Shown: positions 1-12,780, counted from the stretch's first letter. The stretch is DNA of 64,000 nucleotides from Octopus sinensis (GCF_006345805.1 NC_043003.1:45880001-45944000), one strand, 5' to 3'. Notes: generated by a model from the letters alone, not told the origin. Numbers and translations are program-made.

Positions 1-228
1 TGTATCCTTTGGCTGAAAAATATATAATTTTAGCTGTCACTGTGTTCGAAAATTTATGAAACACACTTCATAGACGAGATAGTCACAAACGTCTGACGTG
101 TTTATAATAAAACTTCATCGTAGAGAGCAGAAGCTGTGTCTGGTAGTGAGGTGTTTGCTCTGTATGATGGTGTTGGAACTGATGAAATTTTGATAGTTTA
201 TGAATGGTTATTGGTACACGGGGTAGAG

Positions 229-364
229 CTAACTGTGGTGCTGATGATGGTGACAGGTGGAAATGGTGGTGATGGTGGTGATGGTGCTGGTGCTGGTGTT
301 AGTGATTGCTGATAAGTTGCTGGCGTCGATGGAGAAAATTTTGAATCTATTGCTATTGCTGTTG

Positions 365-396
<32 letters not shown>

Positions 397-457
397 GGCA
401 GTAGTGATTGCCGATACGTTGTTGGCGGCGATGGTGAAGATCTTTAATTTATTGCTG

Positions 458-489
<32 letters not shown>

Positions 490-816
490 GGTGATGGTGG
501 TGATGGTGGTGATGGTGGTGATTGCTGATAAGTTGCTGGCTACGATGGTGAAGATTTTGAATTTATTGCTGCTCTTGTTGTCGTTGGTGGTGGTGATGTT
601 GGTGGCGGTGGTGGTGGCGACGGCAGTAGTGATTATTGATAAGTTGTTGGCGGCAATGGCGAAGATTTTGAAATTGTTGCTGTTGTTATTGTGGTGGTGG
701 TGTTGGTGGTGGTGGTAGTGATGGTGGTTCTTGTTGCTACTGTGGTAGTGGTGGTGGTGGCGGCCACGGCGGCGGCTCGGTGGTTGTACTGGTGGTAATA
801 TTTTTGGTGACGGCAT
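229..816. repeat. Compound minisatellite: 4 copies of a ~51 bp module separated by (GTT)n/(GGT)n/(GAT)n runs
   Basis: Module GTGATTGCYGATAAGTTGYTGGC...ATGGYGAAGATTTTGAATTTATTG starts at 302, 404, 518 and 629. It is open on both strands, with peptide repeats VIADKLLAxMxKILNLL (+) and FKIFxIxAxNLSAIT (-). Confidence 0.8.
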
Positions 817-1402
817 TCGTGATTGTGGAGATTACAGGTCTAAACGGCAGTGACTCTGTAAAAGCGCGAACAGTTTGCGATGATGTTTACCACGACAGTG
901 TTGGTAGTTGGTGCCTGGTCATTACTTATTGGTGATGATGATATTAACATAGTAAAGGTGTTGGCGAGAATGGTTCTGATGTTGATCAAGTAGTGGATGA
1001 GTTACTATTGGTGATCATATTAGTAGTGGTAGGGCAGGTGTTTGTGGTAATAGCGTTGTTGCCGATGGTAGTAACAAAATCGTTATACTTTTGCAAAGTT
1101 AGAATTCTTGATGGTTGTGATTGTGGTGAGTCTACTTTTATATTGTTGTAAATAATACTTCTACTGTGACTTTTAATGATCTTGTGTAATCGTAGCTGTT
1201 GTTTTACTACATTTAGCATGTTGAAATGCGAGTAGTCCAGGCTATAGACGGTAATAAAATGGTTGAAATAACAGAAGGGAAACATTTAAACAACAGCCAC
1301 TGTTTCTATCAGTTTGTGTAAATATTTCCCTTGGATCATATGTTTCCCAGATATAGCAAAGTAGTAACGAAGAAATCAGTGGGCCGGCCTAGAAAGACAT
1401 GA

Positions 1403-1403
1403 G

Positions 1404-1473
<70 letters not shown>

Positions 1474-1544
1474 CACACCCACAGAGATGTATAATATATA
1501 TATATATATGCATGTAGATAGACAGAAAGACAGAGACTTAGAAC

Positions 1545-1628
<84 letters not shown>
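1403..1628. repeat. (TA)n and (GATA)n microsatellites
   Basis: Direct reading of the sequence. Confidence 0.95.
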
Positions 1629-3610
1629 TACACACACTCAGATATGCAAAGTAAAAGAGTAAACTTGATAGAGAATGACGTAAAAGAACCCACGCGAGAA
1701 GAAACGGAAAGGGAAGATCGTTACAAGAGATAGGGAGGAGAAAGTGTTGGTTAATGTAGATTGGGTTTGTTTGGTAAAGAAAATTAAGAAGGTTGAGGTA
1801 AAGGGAGAGGGTGTAGGGAGAGGATATAACGAAATACGCTAAGTAGAGAATTTTAAAACACAAACAACCACGGGATATGAGGAGGACATAAATACATACA
1901 TGCGTGCACATATCCAACAGCTTCTGTCTAACTATATATTATGTGTGTGCGCGCACGACTACGTGTGTTAGGGGGAGTGATTAAGTGTGTGTGATTGTCT
2001 ATGTACATTACGTGCGTGTTTTTGTGTCGATATGTGAGTAGGTGAGCAAGCATATATGTTTGCCAATATACATAATCATATTTTTAACATAATGATTCTA
2101 TTATTTAATGACAATTCTCTTACTTTCTGCAAAATACGTAAATAAATAAATATGCATACACATTAGCCTGTATATACGGATGGACATACCAGCTTATGTA
2201 TGAAAGAATCTGTTCCTATTTTTTCAATTTATTTGGCACATTTCGACAAGAATGTCACAGGCTTCTAAGAATGATCTGTCGATAGAATTTTGTTAGTAAA
2301 ACCACCAATTGTTTCATGTTAAACTTTAAGAAAGTTTTGCGTATTTGTACTCTTCTGCTTAGAGATTGCATTTTCATTGTGCATGTTGGCTGTCCTCCTA
2401 GTTCGCCTGAAATCTGTAACTTTATAGATTTTCACATATATATTTATTAACATAAGTAAATGCGCAAGTTATTATGGATTAAAATGCAGACTTACAATCA
2501 GCAAATGTTAAAGCTATTGTAGATGTACAAACATATTTGTTTGTAGCTATACATAGTCTTTCCTCTGATTCTGGAACAATATTCATATAACAGAATCAAT
2601 GAACTCTATAACAATACATGATTTCCCACTTCCAGGCCAAACAGATATATCATAACCATAATGTTCCATATCATGGAATTTTGAAACTAATATGCAACTT
2701 ATAATGCACGTTTTGACATGCTGTATTTATTAAACAATAGCTGCATTGTCTATATTTATATCAGTGCTGGCTTCGTATATTGTTTTAGCAAAAATCATTC
2801 CTCATTGGAAAGTAATACCTAATTGGTATGGTAGCGCAGCTGGTAAACATATCTTAGACGGAAATGTGATATAATCAACATTTTCGATTACATCTTCAGG
2901 TTTAAGAGCTTCATTGTGTCTTATGTGCATAAGGTATTTCTTTCACATCTCCTTCTTCAATATTGCAAACACGTACCCTTCGAAATGTGGCTTGATGTAA
3001 TAGCCATGATTCAAAGAGAAGCTACCCTTCAAGGTAATATTAGTATCATGTTGCTTCGATTTACTGGAAGAACTCCGCAGTTCGGTGGAAAAGGGAACCT
3101 AGGTTACTTAAAAATAGTAATAGAGTGAAGAACAAAAGTTATTTTGCAAGTGAATAATTAATGTCAATGAATAATAATTTCTTACATTAGCATAAGGCTT
3201 TAGGGAGTTAGTCACCCGCGACAGGGTTCGAAAAAGACCGAAAAGAGCTGAAAATAAACTGCAAAGCTTATTCTGAAGCTTTAACAATTAAATTAATAAC
3301 AGTTGTAACAATACCCACCGCCTTAGAATATTTGATGAATGATGGAGTGTGAGTTTATTGCTATCATATTAAGGCTTATTTAAGACGATGTCCTAAAGCG
3401 GTGTCGTTTCAAGCGCTAAACTCATAATTAAACAGATCAGTCTCTTCCTTAGTTTTAAGGACGATTCAGAGTGAGAGTTGTAAGTAGAGCACTTCTTACG
3501 ACATCTGGGATTGATATTGAAAAGAATGTTCTAAGGTTGAAAACTTCTATTTAAATGATTGCAAAAAACAAAAATATATATATATAGGCACACGAGTGGC
3601 TATAGGCACT

Positions 3611-3985
3611 GGAGTGGCAGTGTGGTAAGTAGCTTGCTTACCAACCACATAGTTCCGGGTTCAGTCCCATAGCGTGACACCTTGGGCAAGTGTCTTCTAC
3701 TATAGCCTCGGCCCGACCAAAGCCTTGTGAGTGGATTTGGTAGACAGAAACTAAAAGAAGCCCGTCGTATATATATCTGTGTGTGTGCCTGTGTTTGTCC
3801 CCCCACCATCGCTTGACAATCGATACTAGTGTGTTTACTTAGCGGTTCAGCAAAAGAACCCGATAGAATAAGTAGTAGGCTTACAAAGAATAAGTCCTGG
3901 GTTCGATTTGTTCGAGTAAAGGCTGTGCTCCAGCATGGCCGAAGTCAAATGACTGAACCAAATAAAAGAATAATAGAATAATAAA
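3611..3985 (+). mobile_element. tRNA-derived SINE, family A
   Basis: Head GGAGTGGCAGTGTGGTAAG...GGTTCAGTCCC (A/B-box-like), body CCTTGGGCAAGTGTCTTCTACTATAGCC, internal (TA/TG) tract and A-rich tail. The same sequence recurs many times in the window. Confidence 0.9.
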
Positions 3986-4199
3986 TAAATAAATTGTAAA
4001 CGCTACCACGGTGGTGTTAACCGGGGTGAACTCTACGATCCAAGAACAGGAAACATCTCATCCATCAGAGCTTCTAAATAATTCTGGTTTAGGAAATTTC
4101 AGTTACAAACATTTCTTCAGTTGACGCTATGCAGAAGAAACAGGCCCATATAGCGACCGAGATATAGGTTCGAGCTAAAATACATGTAGTTGAAAAACG

Positions 4200-6420
4200 A
4201 ACTCCTTAATCACACAACCATGCTTGCACATAAATCTACCAAAATAAAACAAATCTTACAAGAAGCTATTAAGCAAGATAACAACACATTCATGTATCAT
4301 ACGTATATTCAACAGTCATATATTACACAACATATACGAACAACATAAACTAGATGTACAATTACAGCAAATAACTTAGAAAGCAAAGCTGCAAAGAGGA
4401 GCTTATGTACAAACACATTAGCTAATGCAGGGATATTTAGAAATAATACCTAAGAAACAGAAATAGATCAACAAAATGAGCGACCATACAAGAAAAATAT
4501 AAAAGTGAATAAGCTTCCATAAACCAATGGATGTAATGCAGTGGAATATATCACGCGCAAAAAACCCCTCGCCAAAGAATGAATATAATGCAAAAACAAA
4601 AATACCTGGCTTACAATAAATAAGCCATCAAAAATGCGGCAAAAATATTGAAAGACGTACCACGTACGTAGGAAAGTAGGTATCGCAGTAAAACAAACAT
4701 AGCTAGATTGTTATATAGAAAAAAAAAGAACATCAAAGCGTGAACAAGGACCATACAAGACCGTATAGAAAACAACTCACCAAATTATCTGCTACAACAA
4801 AAATATATCCCCCCCCCCACCATCCTGAAAAAAAAAAATTGAACAATATAAGAGCGCCTATCACAAGAGACTGATCAGAGTTAACAATGTTGTAAATCTA
4901 TCGAAGCGATAAGATAAAGGAAACAGAAGTGACCAGAAGAAATTCAATAAGCATGGAGAAACTAAAACCCCTGTCCTAGAAGCAAATAAAGAAATAAGCC
5001 CGTTATATAATAGCTAAATACAAGAAGGTTCTCCGAAACACGACAAGGCTAAATAGCCATCTTAATATCAAGAACAACTAGACTCAAATTTTACACATAC
5101 AAAATAAAACAGTGGAATGAAAAAATGATATACGAAAATTCTAGTAAAATATTATTAACAGAGAGAGCCACTTTTAAATAACGTAGTAGAGAATTCACTA
5201 GCATATAAAAAGAGGAAAATAACGAAATATGAAGAAAATAAAACCCCAGCTCAATGAAAAAGCTCTTCTGGTGATGTGAAACACTATAAAAAAATCTAAG
5301 CAGTAATTGTGTAGTCTGTATATAGGCGTGGCTGTGTGGTAAGAAGCTTGCTTTCTAATCACATGGTTCCGAGTTCAGTTCCACTGCGTGGGACCTTGGC
5401 CAAGTGTTTACCACAATAGCCTCGGTTCGACCAAATCCTTGTGTATGCCTTTCTACCAGGTCGATCAATAACGAAGTCGTTCCCTCAGCAGCTCCCTCAA
5501 ACCGTATGGCTCAGCATAATCAGAAAGGTATACTGGAACATGCAAGGATAATAAGCTTAAGTTCACATTATTCCATGTGTGTTTTTTTTAAGATGTAGAA
5601 TGTGGTTTGGCGGGGTCTAGTTATGCTTTTACTAGTTCCCTCTTATATAGAAAGCAAAAACACCTCCTTCAATCACACTTCACCATCTAATAAAAGCTCA
5701 CCTTATATAATATCGAATCGAGGCTACTTGGCTCAATTGGAAATTACTTAAGACCAAACAATAACGACAACGAATTAACCTATAAGATACTATATGAAAT
5801 CAAGGGGAAAGCTTACAAAATTACTGACGAAAATATCTCACCAATAATCTGATACAGTAGCATTCAAAGGGTTAGTAAGTTGATTTGGATCAACTTTTGA
5901 CTAGTTACCGAAGAGGAAAATAGTATTAAATCTGCAAAGCAAAATTACTGAAGAACACCAACATTACGGAATAAGTTCATTTTTACGAGCAACATGTAAA
6001 TAATTTAAGCTGTATTCTATAAGAAACTGACTGCTATATTGTGGAAAGTAATAAGATCTTAGCAGAGAAGCAGAAAGAAGTGCAATAAAAAGACGTATAG
6101 TTGTAAAGTGTAGATACAGAAGAACCAAGCAATTACTGAAGTTGGTAAGAATAGAAAAGGTAAAATTGCAATTACGAAGGACTGATTAACAGAAACAAAT
6201 TTACAACTTACCACATTCACTGATATAGGAGAGGCAATATATAAAGAAAGCAACTCTTGACAACAGGGTATCATCAATGGCATGCCGAAATACGAATCAA
6301 TAGTATCACGCCATAACAAGTAAAGGGTGATAAAAAATAAACATGACTGTACCCTAAAGAAGAAAACTGATTCAGAGAGATTCCTTACTAGCTTTGAATG
6401 TATTAGAACAGTTGCTGGAG
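4200..6420 (+). mobile_element. Highly decayed APE-type LINE relic (tentative), interrupted by SINE pieces
   Basis: Strongly A-rich + strand with remnants MDVMQWNI (~4528), GKVGIAVKQ (~4670) and KNI(Y/S)PP (~4800), resembling AP-endonuclease motifs QWN, GGVAI and NxYxPP. There are many stops and frameshifts. Confidence 0.3.
5325..5445 (+). mobile_element. SINE family A, 5' part
   Basis: GGCGTGGCTGTGTGGTAAGAAGC...GAGTTCAGTTCCACTGCGTGGGACCTTGGCCAAGTG matches the family A head. Confidence 0.85.
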
Positions 6421-6522
6421 TTTATTGACCACTCTCGTTAACTGAATAGTTAGAACAGTAACTTTATGTATTAATTCCTGATTTATAGACTTACACACAC
6501 GCACACGAACATGCACGCGCGC

Positions 6523-6586
<64 letters not shown>

Positions 6587-6669
6587 GGTCCCGGGTTGAT
6601 TCGGGGTTAACCACAGTAAATAAGGTACTCAATACATAGCAGAGTAAAATTAATTTATTATATAGAAGG

Positions 6670-6720
6670 AGCTTCTACAGGACTAGAACTGTTTCATTCA
6701 AGAGAAATCTTCAGGAAGCT
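6670..6720 (-). ncRNA. Type I hammerhead ribozyme motif (inverted pLTR copy)
   Basis: Exact reverse complement of 9952-10002. Confidence 0.7.
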
Positions 6721-6908
6721 AGTTAACAAGAATTGTATTGGCATTTATACATTTAGGCAGGTTTAAAGGGGTGTTGGTGGGGGACTTTTTGGGGGTAGGC
6801 ATAGCGCAAAAAACCCATACTTGGGGGAGTGGTCAAGGAGTCAGTGTTAAATTAGATAGGAGAATAAATAAAAAATAAAAAATAAAAAATACACACACAC
6901 ACACACAC

Positions 6909-7190
6909 TCGTTCCGGCGACAGGATAAATCCAACCAAACTACCCTCGCCGCCCACATCTGGTACCTTAAAAGGAATTCCATCCCCTTCAAGACCAAGTG
7001 GAAACTACTACAGAAGGCGCGCTCATACACAGGAGGCCATACCTGCTGTGACCTCTGCATATCGGAGAGCCTAGAGATCTTGTTCGCCAAAGGCCCTCTC
7101 CTTAACAAAATCTCAGAACACTCCCCAAATTGTATGCATATGAAGTATGCGAACTACAAGAACTATAGACCTACCCGGCAACCAGATTGA
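6909..7190 (+). pseudogene. Penelope GIY-YIG endonuclease C-terminal fragment
   Basis: Hand translation: SFRRQDKSNQTTLAAHIWYLKRNSIPFKTKWKLLQKARSYTGGHTCCDLCISESLEILFAKGPLLNKISEHSPNCMHMKYANYKNYRPTRQPD*. It carries the PLE pattern TxLxxHIW...W.....A..Y....CxLCxxE..I...LLNKxSE...CxH. No start codon is present. Confidence 0.85.
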
Positions 7191-7259
7191 TGACACCCCA
7201 CCCACAAAACCCCCCCAATCCCACCGTTCCCCTAGCACCCCCGATTACCTTTTCTCCTA

Positions 7260-7389
7260 AGACCTTTCACATATTGTATGTGCACGCTTGTAGATATGTA
7301 TCGTATATATGTATAGAAATGTATGGGTATAGTAGGATTATACGCATGCATTATGTGTGTGTGTGCGTGTATGTATGTAAAAAAATATA

Positions 7390-7434
<45 letters not shown>

Positions 7435-7661
7435 GTATGTGCGTGTGTGTGTGTGTGTGTGTATATATGTATAGATGTATGTATGTATATATGTATATTT
7501 GTGTGTATGCATATGTATGTGAATATGTATGTGTGTATGTATATATATGTGTGTAAGTGTGTGTATATATGTAAATGTAAGTGTGTGTGCTTGTATGAGA
7601 ATGTATGTATGTTTGCACACATGTGTATATATATGTGTGTGTATGTGTGTGTGTATGTATA

Positions 7662-7700
<39 letters not shown>

Positions 7701-7957
7701 ACATATATATATATATGTATGTGTATGTATATGTGTATGTATATATATGTGTATGTGAGTGTGTGTGTATACATGTGTGTATGTGTATGTATGTATGTAT
7801 ATATATGCGTGTGCATGGGTATATGTATATGTACATATGCGCGTACGCTCGTGTGTTTATGTATGTGTAGGTACGTAGAGTTATCTATGTGTGTATTTAT
7901 ATGTACATGTGTAAGTATGTATATATATGTATGTATGTGTATGTATATGTATGTGTA

Positions 7958-8006
<49 letters not shown>

Positions 8007-8083
8007 GTGTATGTGTATATGTAGGTGTATGTGTGTATGTATATATTTATATTTATATATATGTGTGTGTATATATGTATATA

Positions 8084-8138
<55 letters not shown>

Positions 8139-8209
8139 GTGTATGTGTATATGTAGGTGTATGTGTGTATGTATATATTTATGTTTATATATATATGTGT
8201 GTATATATG

Positions 8210-8250
<41 letters not shown>

Positions 8251-8723
8251 CTATGTGTGTAAGTTTATTATATGTATGTATCCGTCTATATAATAGGTAA
8301 CTGCACGTACATATACTTAATATTTATTTTTTGAGTATGCATGTATGAATAACTGCGTGTATATATATTTACTATTTACTTATTTTTTGAGTATGCATGT
8401 TAGTATGAATATATATATGTATATATGTGTATGTATATGTGTATGTATGTGTATATGTGTATATATATGTATATATGTGTATATAGGTGTATATGTATGT
8501 ATGTATATATATGTATATATGTATATATGTGTATATATATATATATATATATGTATATATGTGTATGTGTGTATATATATATGTATATATATATATATGT
8601 GTATATATATGTACATGTATGTATTTGTATGTAGGTGTACATGTATGTGTGTGTATTTATATTTATTGGTGTATATGTATAGACTAGCCTTCTAAGAGTG
8701 TAGACATGAATCTGTAGGTACGC

Positions 8724-8762
<39 letters not shown>

Positions 8763-9570
8763 TGTATGTATTTGTATGTAGGTGTACATGTATGTGTGTG
8801 TATTTATATTTATTGGTGTATATGTATAGACTAGCCTTCTAAGAGTGTAGACATGAATCTGTAGGTACGCGTACGTATGTGTATATACGTGAATGTATGT
8901 AGATGTATGTATGTATGAATATAACGCGTGCGTGCGTGTATGCGTATGAGTGTACGAATGAGTGAGTGTACGTGCTAAAGAGTGTGCGTGAGTGAATGAG
9001 TAATTGTTTTCCAGTAGACGGATAAATGGTCTGGCTGTCATAGCCAAGATGTTTGTGACCAAGCGGCCAAAGATAACAAAAGTAATAAACGAAGATAATA
9101 AAATTAAAATTAGGGAATGGGTCTGTATTTGTATATGTATATATATATATGTGTGTATGTGTAGGTATGCATGGGTACACATATGTATATATATGTGTAT
9201 ATATATATATATGTGTATGTATATATATGTGTATATGTATGTGTATGTATGTATATATATGTGTATGTATGTGTATGTGTGGGTGTATATATATGTGTGT
9301 ATGTGTATATATGTGTATATAGGGACTAGTGTGCTGTGTGTGCATGTGTGTGTATGGATTTGTGTGTGTATGCGTGTATGTGAGTATGTGTGTGTATGTG
9401 TATATATATTTTTCTGTGTGTATATGTATGTGTGGTCGTGTGTGTATATATACATGTGTGTATACGTGTATGCAAGTGAGTGTGTGTATGTATACATATA
9501 TATGTGTATGTGTAGATATGTATATGTATGTGTGAGTGTATATATGTGTGTATGTGTAGAGGTATAAGTG
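7260..9570. repeat. ~2.3 kb cryptic (TA)/(TG)/(TATG) array inside the PLE 3' region
   Basis: Direct reading; includes an internal duplication with 147 bp period at 8611/8758. Confidence 0.9.
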
Positions 9571-9605
9571 AGAATCTCCTTATTTACCTAAAACTCTATT
9601 CCCCC

Positions 9606-9648
<43 letters not shown>

Positions 9649-9951
9649 TATTTTTTTATTTTTATTTTTTTTTTTTTATTATTTATTTATTTTTTTATAT
9701 TTTTTTATATATATTTTTTTTATATATATATTTATTTTTTTTTATTTTTTTTTTTTTTATTTTTTTTTTTTTTTTTTTTTTATTTTTTATTTTTTATTTT
9801 TTTATTTATTCTCCTATCTAATTTAACACTGACTCCTTGACCACTCCCCCAAGTATGATTTTTTGCGCTATGCCTACCCCCAAAAAGTCCCCCACCAACA
9901 CCCCTTTAAACCTGCCTAAATGTATAAATGCCAATACAATTCTTGTTAACT

Positions 9952-10002
9952 AGCTTCCTGAAGATTTCTCTTGAATGAAACAGTTCTAGTCCTGTAGAAG
10001 CT
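9952..10002 (+). ncRNA. Type I hammerhead ribozyme motif in the PLE pseudo-LTR
   Basis: AGCTTC-CTGAAGA-T.TTC.TCTT.GAA.T-GAAA-CAG.TTCTAGTC.CTG-TA^GAAGCT. Stem I is AGCTTC/GAAGCT, the core is CUGANGA...GAAA, stem III is ACAG/CTGT, and a GUA triplet predicts cleavage after 9996. Stem II is weak (3 bp plus a U.U pair). Confidence 0.75.
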
Positions 10003-10018
10003 CCTTCTATATAATAAA

Positions 10019-10067
<49 letters not shown>

Positions 10068-10074
10068 TATATAT

Positions 10075-10133
<59 letters not shown>

Positions 10134-10149
10134 TAAGTCTACATATACA

Positions 10150-10455
10150 AATGTTGGTAGTCCGTCGGTGCCCGACGATAACAAAATCTGTGTATCCAGC
10201 GATCAGAACGCATGTGATAGGCGCCCACAGGTATCACAACAATATTCTGTTGTCTGAATTGAGACGGATGCTGCCTTGTAACATCTGTCTCTTGCAACAG
10301 CAATATGCTGTCGCCGGTCCTCTTCGAAGGCAGCTGCTGTTCGTGAGGTGAAAGACCTCCACGCTGATCTGTCTGCGGCAGAGACTTCAATATCGCATAG
10401 ATTAATGGCGTTCTGTTTGAGGTTGCTTTTCAGAGTATCTTTGACACACGACATA
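10150..10455 (-). mobile_element. RTE (BovB-like) LINE 3' fragment
   Basis: The ORF reads KDTLKSNLKQNAINLCDIEVSAADRSAWRS...FEEDRRQH...CDTCGR, matching the RTE C-terminal pattern KDxLKxxLK...AxDRxxWR...CxxCGR. Confidence 0.8.
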
Positions 10456-11176
10456 TATATCATATATCCTATATACAGGCTTCCTCAAATCAGGCACTGT
10501 CCTTATTACAAAAGAGAAATATGTATTTGATAAATTAAACATAGATATACCTTGTCTTTATAAAAGACGGCATACAGAATAGTAGTTCCACAATATAGAA
10601 GTCATTGAACCACAGCTGAAATGCTTTCACCATAGAACTGCACAATTCTGGCTGTTCTGCATCTAAGCTGTCACAATTGCGAACGTTTCAAGTCAACTGC
10701 GAATTATCTGTGTTTGTAATTCTCAGAGTTTCTTTTCATTTGCCGATATATATTTCCATTAACCTCTTTACTACATGCGAAAATATACATTAAATGATGT
10801 CTACGTATAGAAGTACTTGACACTGCCAAACTTTTGTCGCCATTTAACCCAATAGGCGCATGTCATTTCTTTGTATAATGATAATGTCACTGCCAACGAT
10901 TATATTTAAAACAGCATGTTAGTGTTAGTTGTACATTAATATAGTACACATAGAGTATAGATGATGCAACGACATAAAAAATACAAGTTCAATTCTACAT
11001 AAAATGCTTCAATAAAACTACAAATGTTCCGATAATTTTATAGGTGACTGAATTATCCGTTCATTAATGTTCGTAAGCTCAGAACAATAATCATAAGCAC
11101 AGAATGATACAATTGTCCTGTCTGTGCGTTTTCAACTCAGAACTTTGATGTAACTAAATGCTGTGAATATGAATAC

Positions 11177-11235
<59 letters not shown>

Positions 11236-11255
11236 TTGTGTGTGTGTGTGTATAA

Positions 11256-11304
<49 letters not shown>

Positions 11305-11399
11305 GTATGTATACATATATATAATATATATATATATATGTATGTATACATATATATAAAGACAGTACTACTTATCCCAGTTGTCTTCCCAGATCTATT

Positions 11400-12300
11400 T
11401 ACAATTTACTCTCCTGAAAACTTACTCAAACAGACATGAAGCTGTGTTAAACTAATAACTCTTAGAAGGAAAATGGTCCATGTTTAGTTACTTTTACGAA
11501 TGTTGATCGAAATGAAGAACCTGTGATTATGAATGTGCTTAATAATTAGGTTGACTTGAAAGCAGACCGAGTTTAAAAAGTACCGACTTTTCGAATGAAC
11601 ATTCAGATGAAGAAGATTTAACCATTGCCAGTGCTATTAAGAAAGTGGAAAACTTGTCAGTTCATCTCGCAGATCTCCAACGAAAAATGCTAGAAATGTT
11701 TAAAAAATAACTAAAATAAAAACATGATCAAAAATTTGAATTATTCTTTTGTACTCTGGGCACAAAGCCTAATATTTTGGAGGAGGTGCCAGTGGATTAG
11801 ATCAATGCCAGTACGTAACAGGTACTTATTTTATCGAAACCGAAAGGTAGAGTCGACCATTGCGGAATTTGAACTCGGAACGTGAACACAGACGAAATAC
11901 CGCTAAGAATTTCGCCCGGCGTGCTAACGTTTCTGTTAGTTCGCCACCTTAAAAAATTGAGTTAATAAATGATAATAAAACAAGATGGAATGGTCTATTT
12001 GTAATGTTTGAGAGATTCTTGTTCTTTACAGGTTCTGTTATAAAAAATTATTATCAGCACGAAAGAATCTCTTGAATTTTCTAGCAATGAATTTAATGCA
12101 ATTCGTGATTTTGTATTAGCATTGAAACCAGTTACAATTGCATTTGAAGAAAAAAAAAAGTTTGCCGAAGGAAAGTCTCTTGTTACTGAAAAAGTGGATC
12201 GACAAAAATTCCAATAACAATTTTACTAAAAGGAAGTGTCAAGAAAAGAATTCAATAGTCCAAAAGAGAAAATAGAATTAGATTGATTATCTAAATAATG
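11400..12300 (+). mobile_element. Decayed hAT transposase fragment split by a SINE
   Basis: KTRWNGLFVMFERFL at ~11977-12021 matches the hAT TRWNS motif and is followed by ...IRDFVLALKPVTIA. The coding-like piece EEDLTIASAIKKV lies upstream of the SINE. Confidence 0.6.
11742..11950 (-). mobile_element. tRNA-derived SINE, family B (1 internal unit)
   Basis: Reverse complement of GGTGGCGAACTAACAGAAACGTTAGCACGCCGGGCGAAAT...GAGTTCAAATTCCG. Confidence 0.85.
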
Positions 12301-12629
12301 ATTATTTAATTTTTCTTACAATTTTGCCACTTTTGAAATTATGTTATCTTAAACTCCAAGGCAAACCATCGTACAGAAACTATATGGAAAAATATGCATC
12401 GCTTTGTTACAAGTATCTCCAGATTTCCGGAACCATGTGGTTGGTAAGCAAGCTACTTACTACACAGACACTTTTCTAATGTGATGTACTGCAAGAGTCA
12501 CTTCTAAATTTAAAGTTCAAAACCAAAGTTCAGGCGGTTATATGAATATAGAACATTGGCATTGGATATGGCGAATTGGTAACACAAATACACACGCATA
12601 CGCATGTATACATTCATAATAGATCTATC

Positions 12630-12780
12630 CATCCATACATGCATTCATCTATCCATACATTCATCCATCCATTCATACATCCATCCATCCATTCATCCAT
12701 ACATCCATTCATCCATCCATACATCCATTCATCCATTCATCCATTCATCCATCCATCCATACATACATACATAATACACA
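12630..12780. repeat. (CATC/CATT)n microsatellite
   Basis: Direct reading. Confidence 0.9.

Larger units (their letters stand above)
6584..10023 (+). mobile_element. 5'-truncated Penelope-like element with an inverted 5' pseudo-LTR
   Basis: Contains the GIY-YIG endonuclease C-terminus at 6909-7190 and ~240 bp near-identical inverted repeats (6649-6890 vs ~9783-10023), each with a hammerhead motif. It is flanked by (TA)n on both sides. Confidence 0.85.

Noticed and set aside
3611-3680. tRNA-like A/B boxes at SINE heads (also 13640, 36291, 60960)
   Set aside because: There is no complete cloverleaf and each continues into a repeated SINE body, so these are not tRNA genes.
7232-9821. Many long ORFs rich in YI/HT/CV, here and throughout the window
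   Set aside because: They are translations of stop-poor TA/TG/CA/TATC microsatellites, with no domain content.
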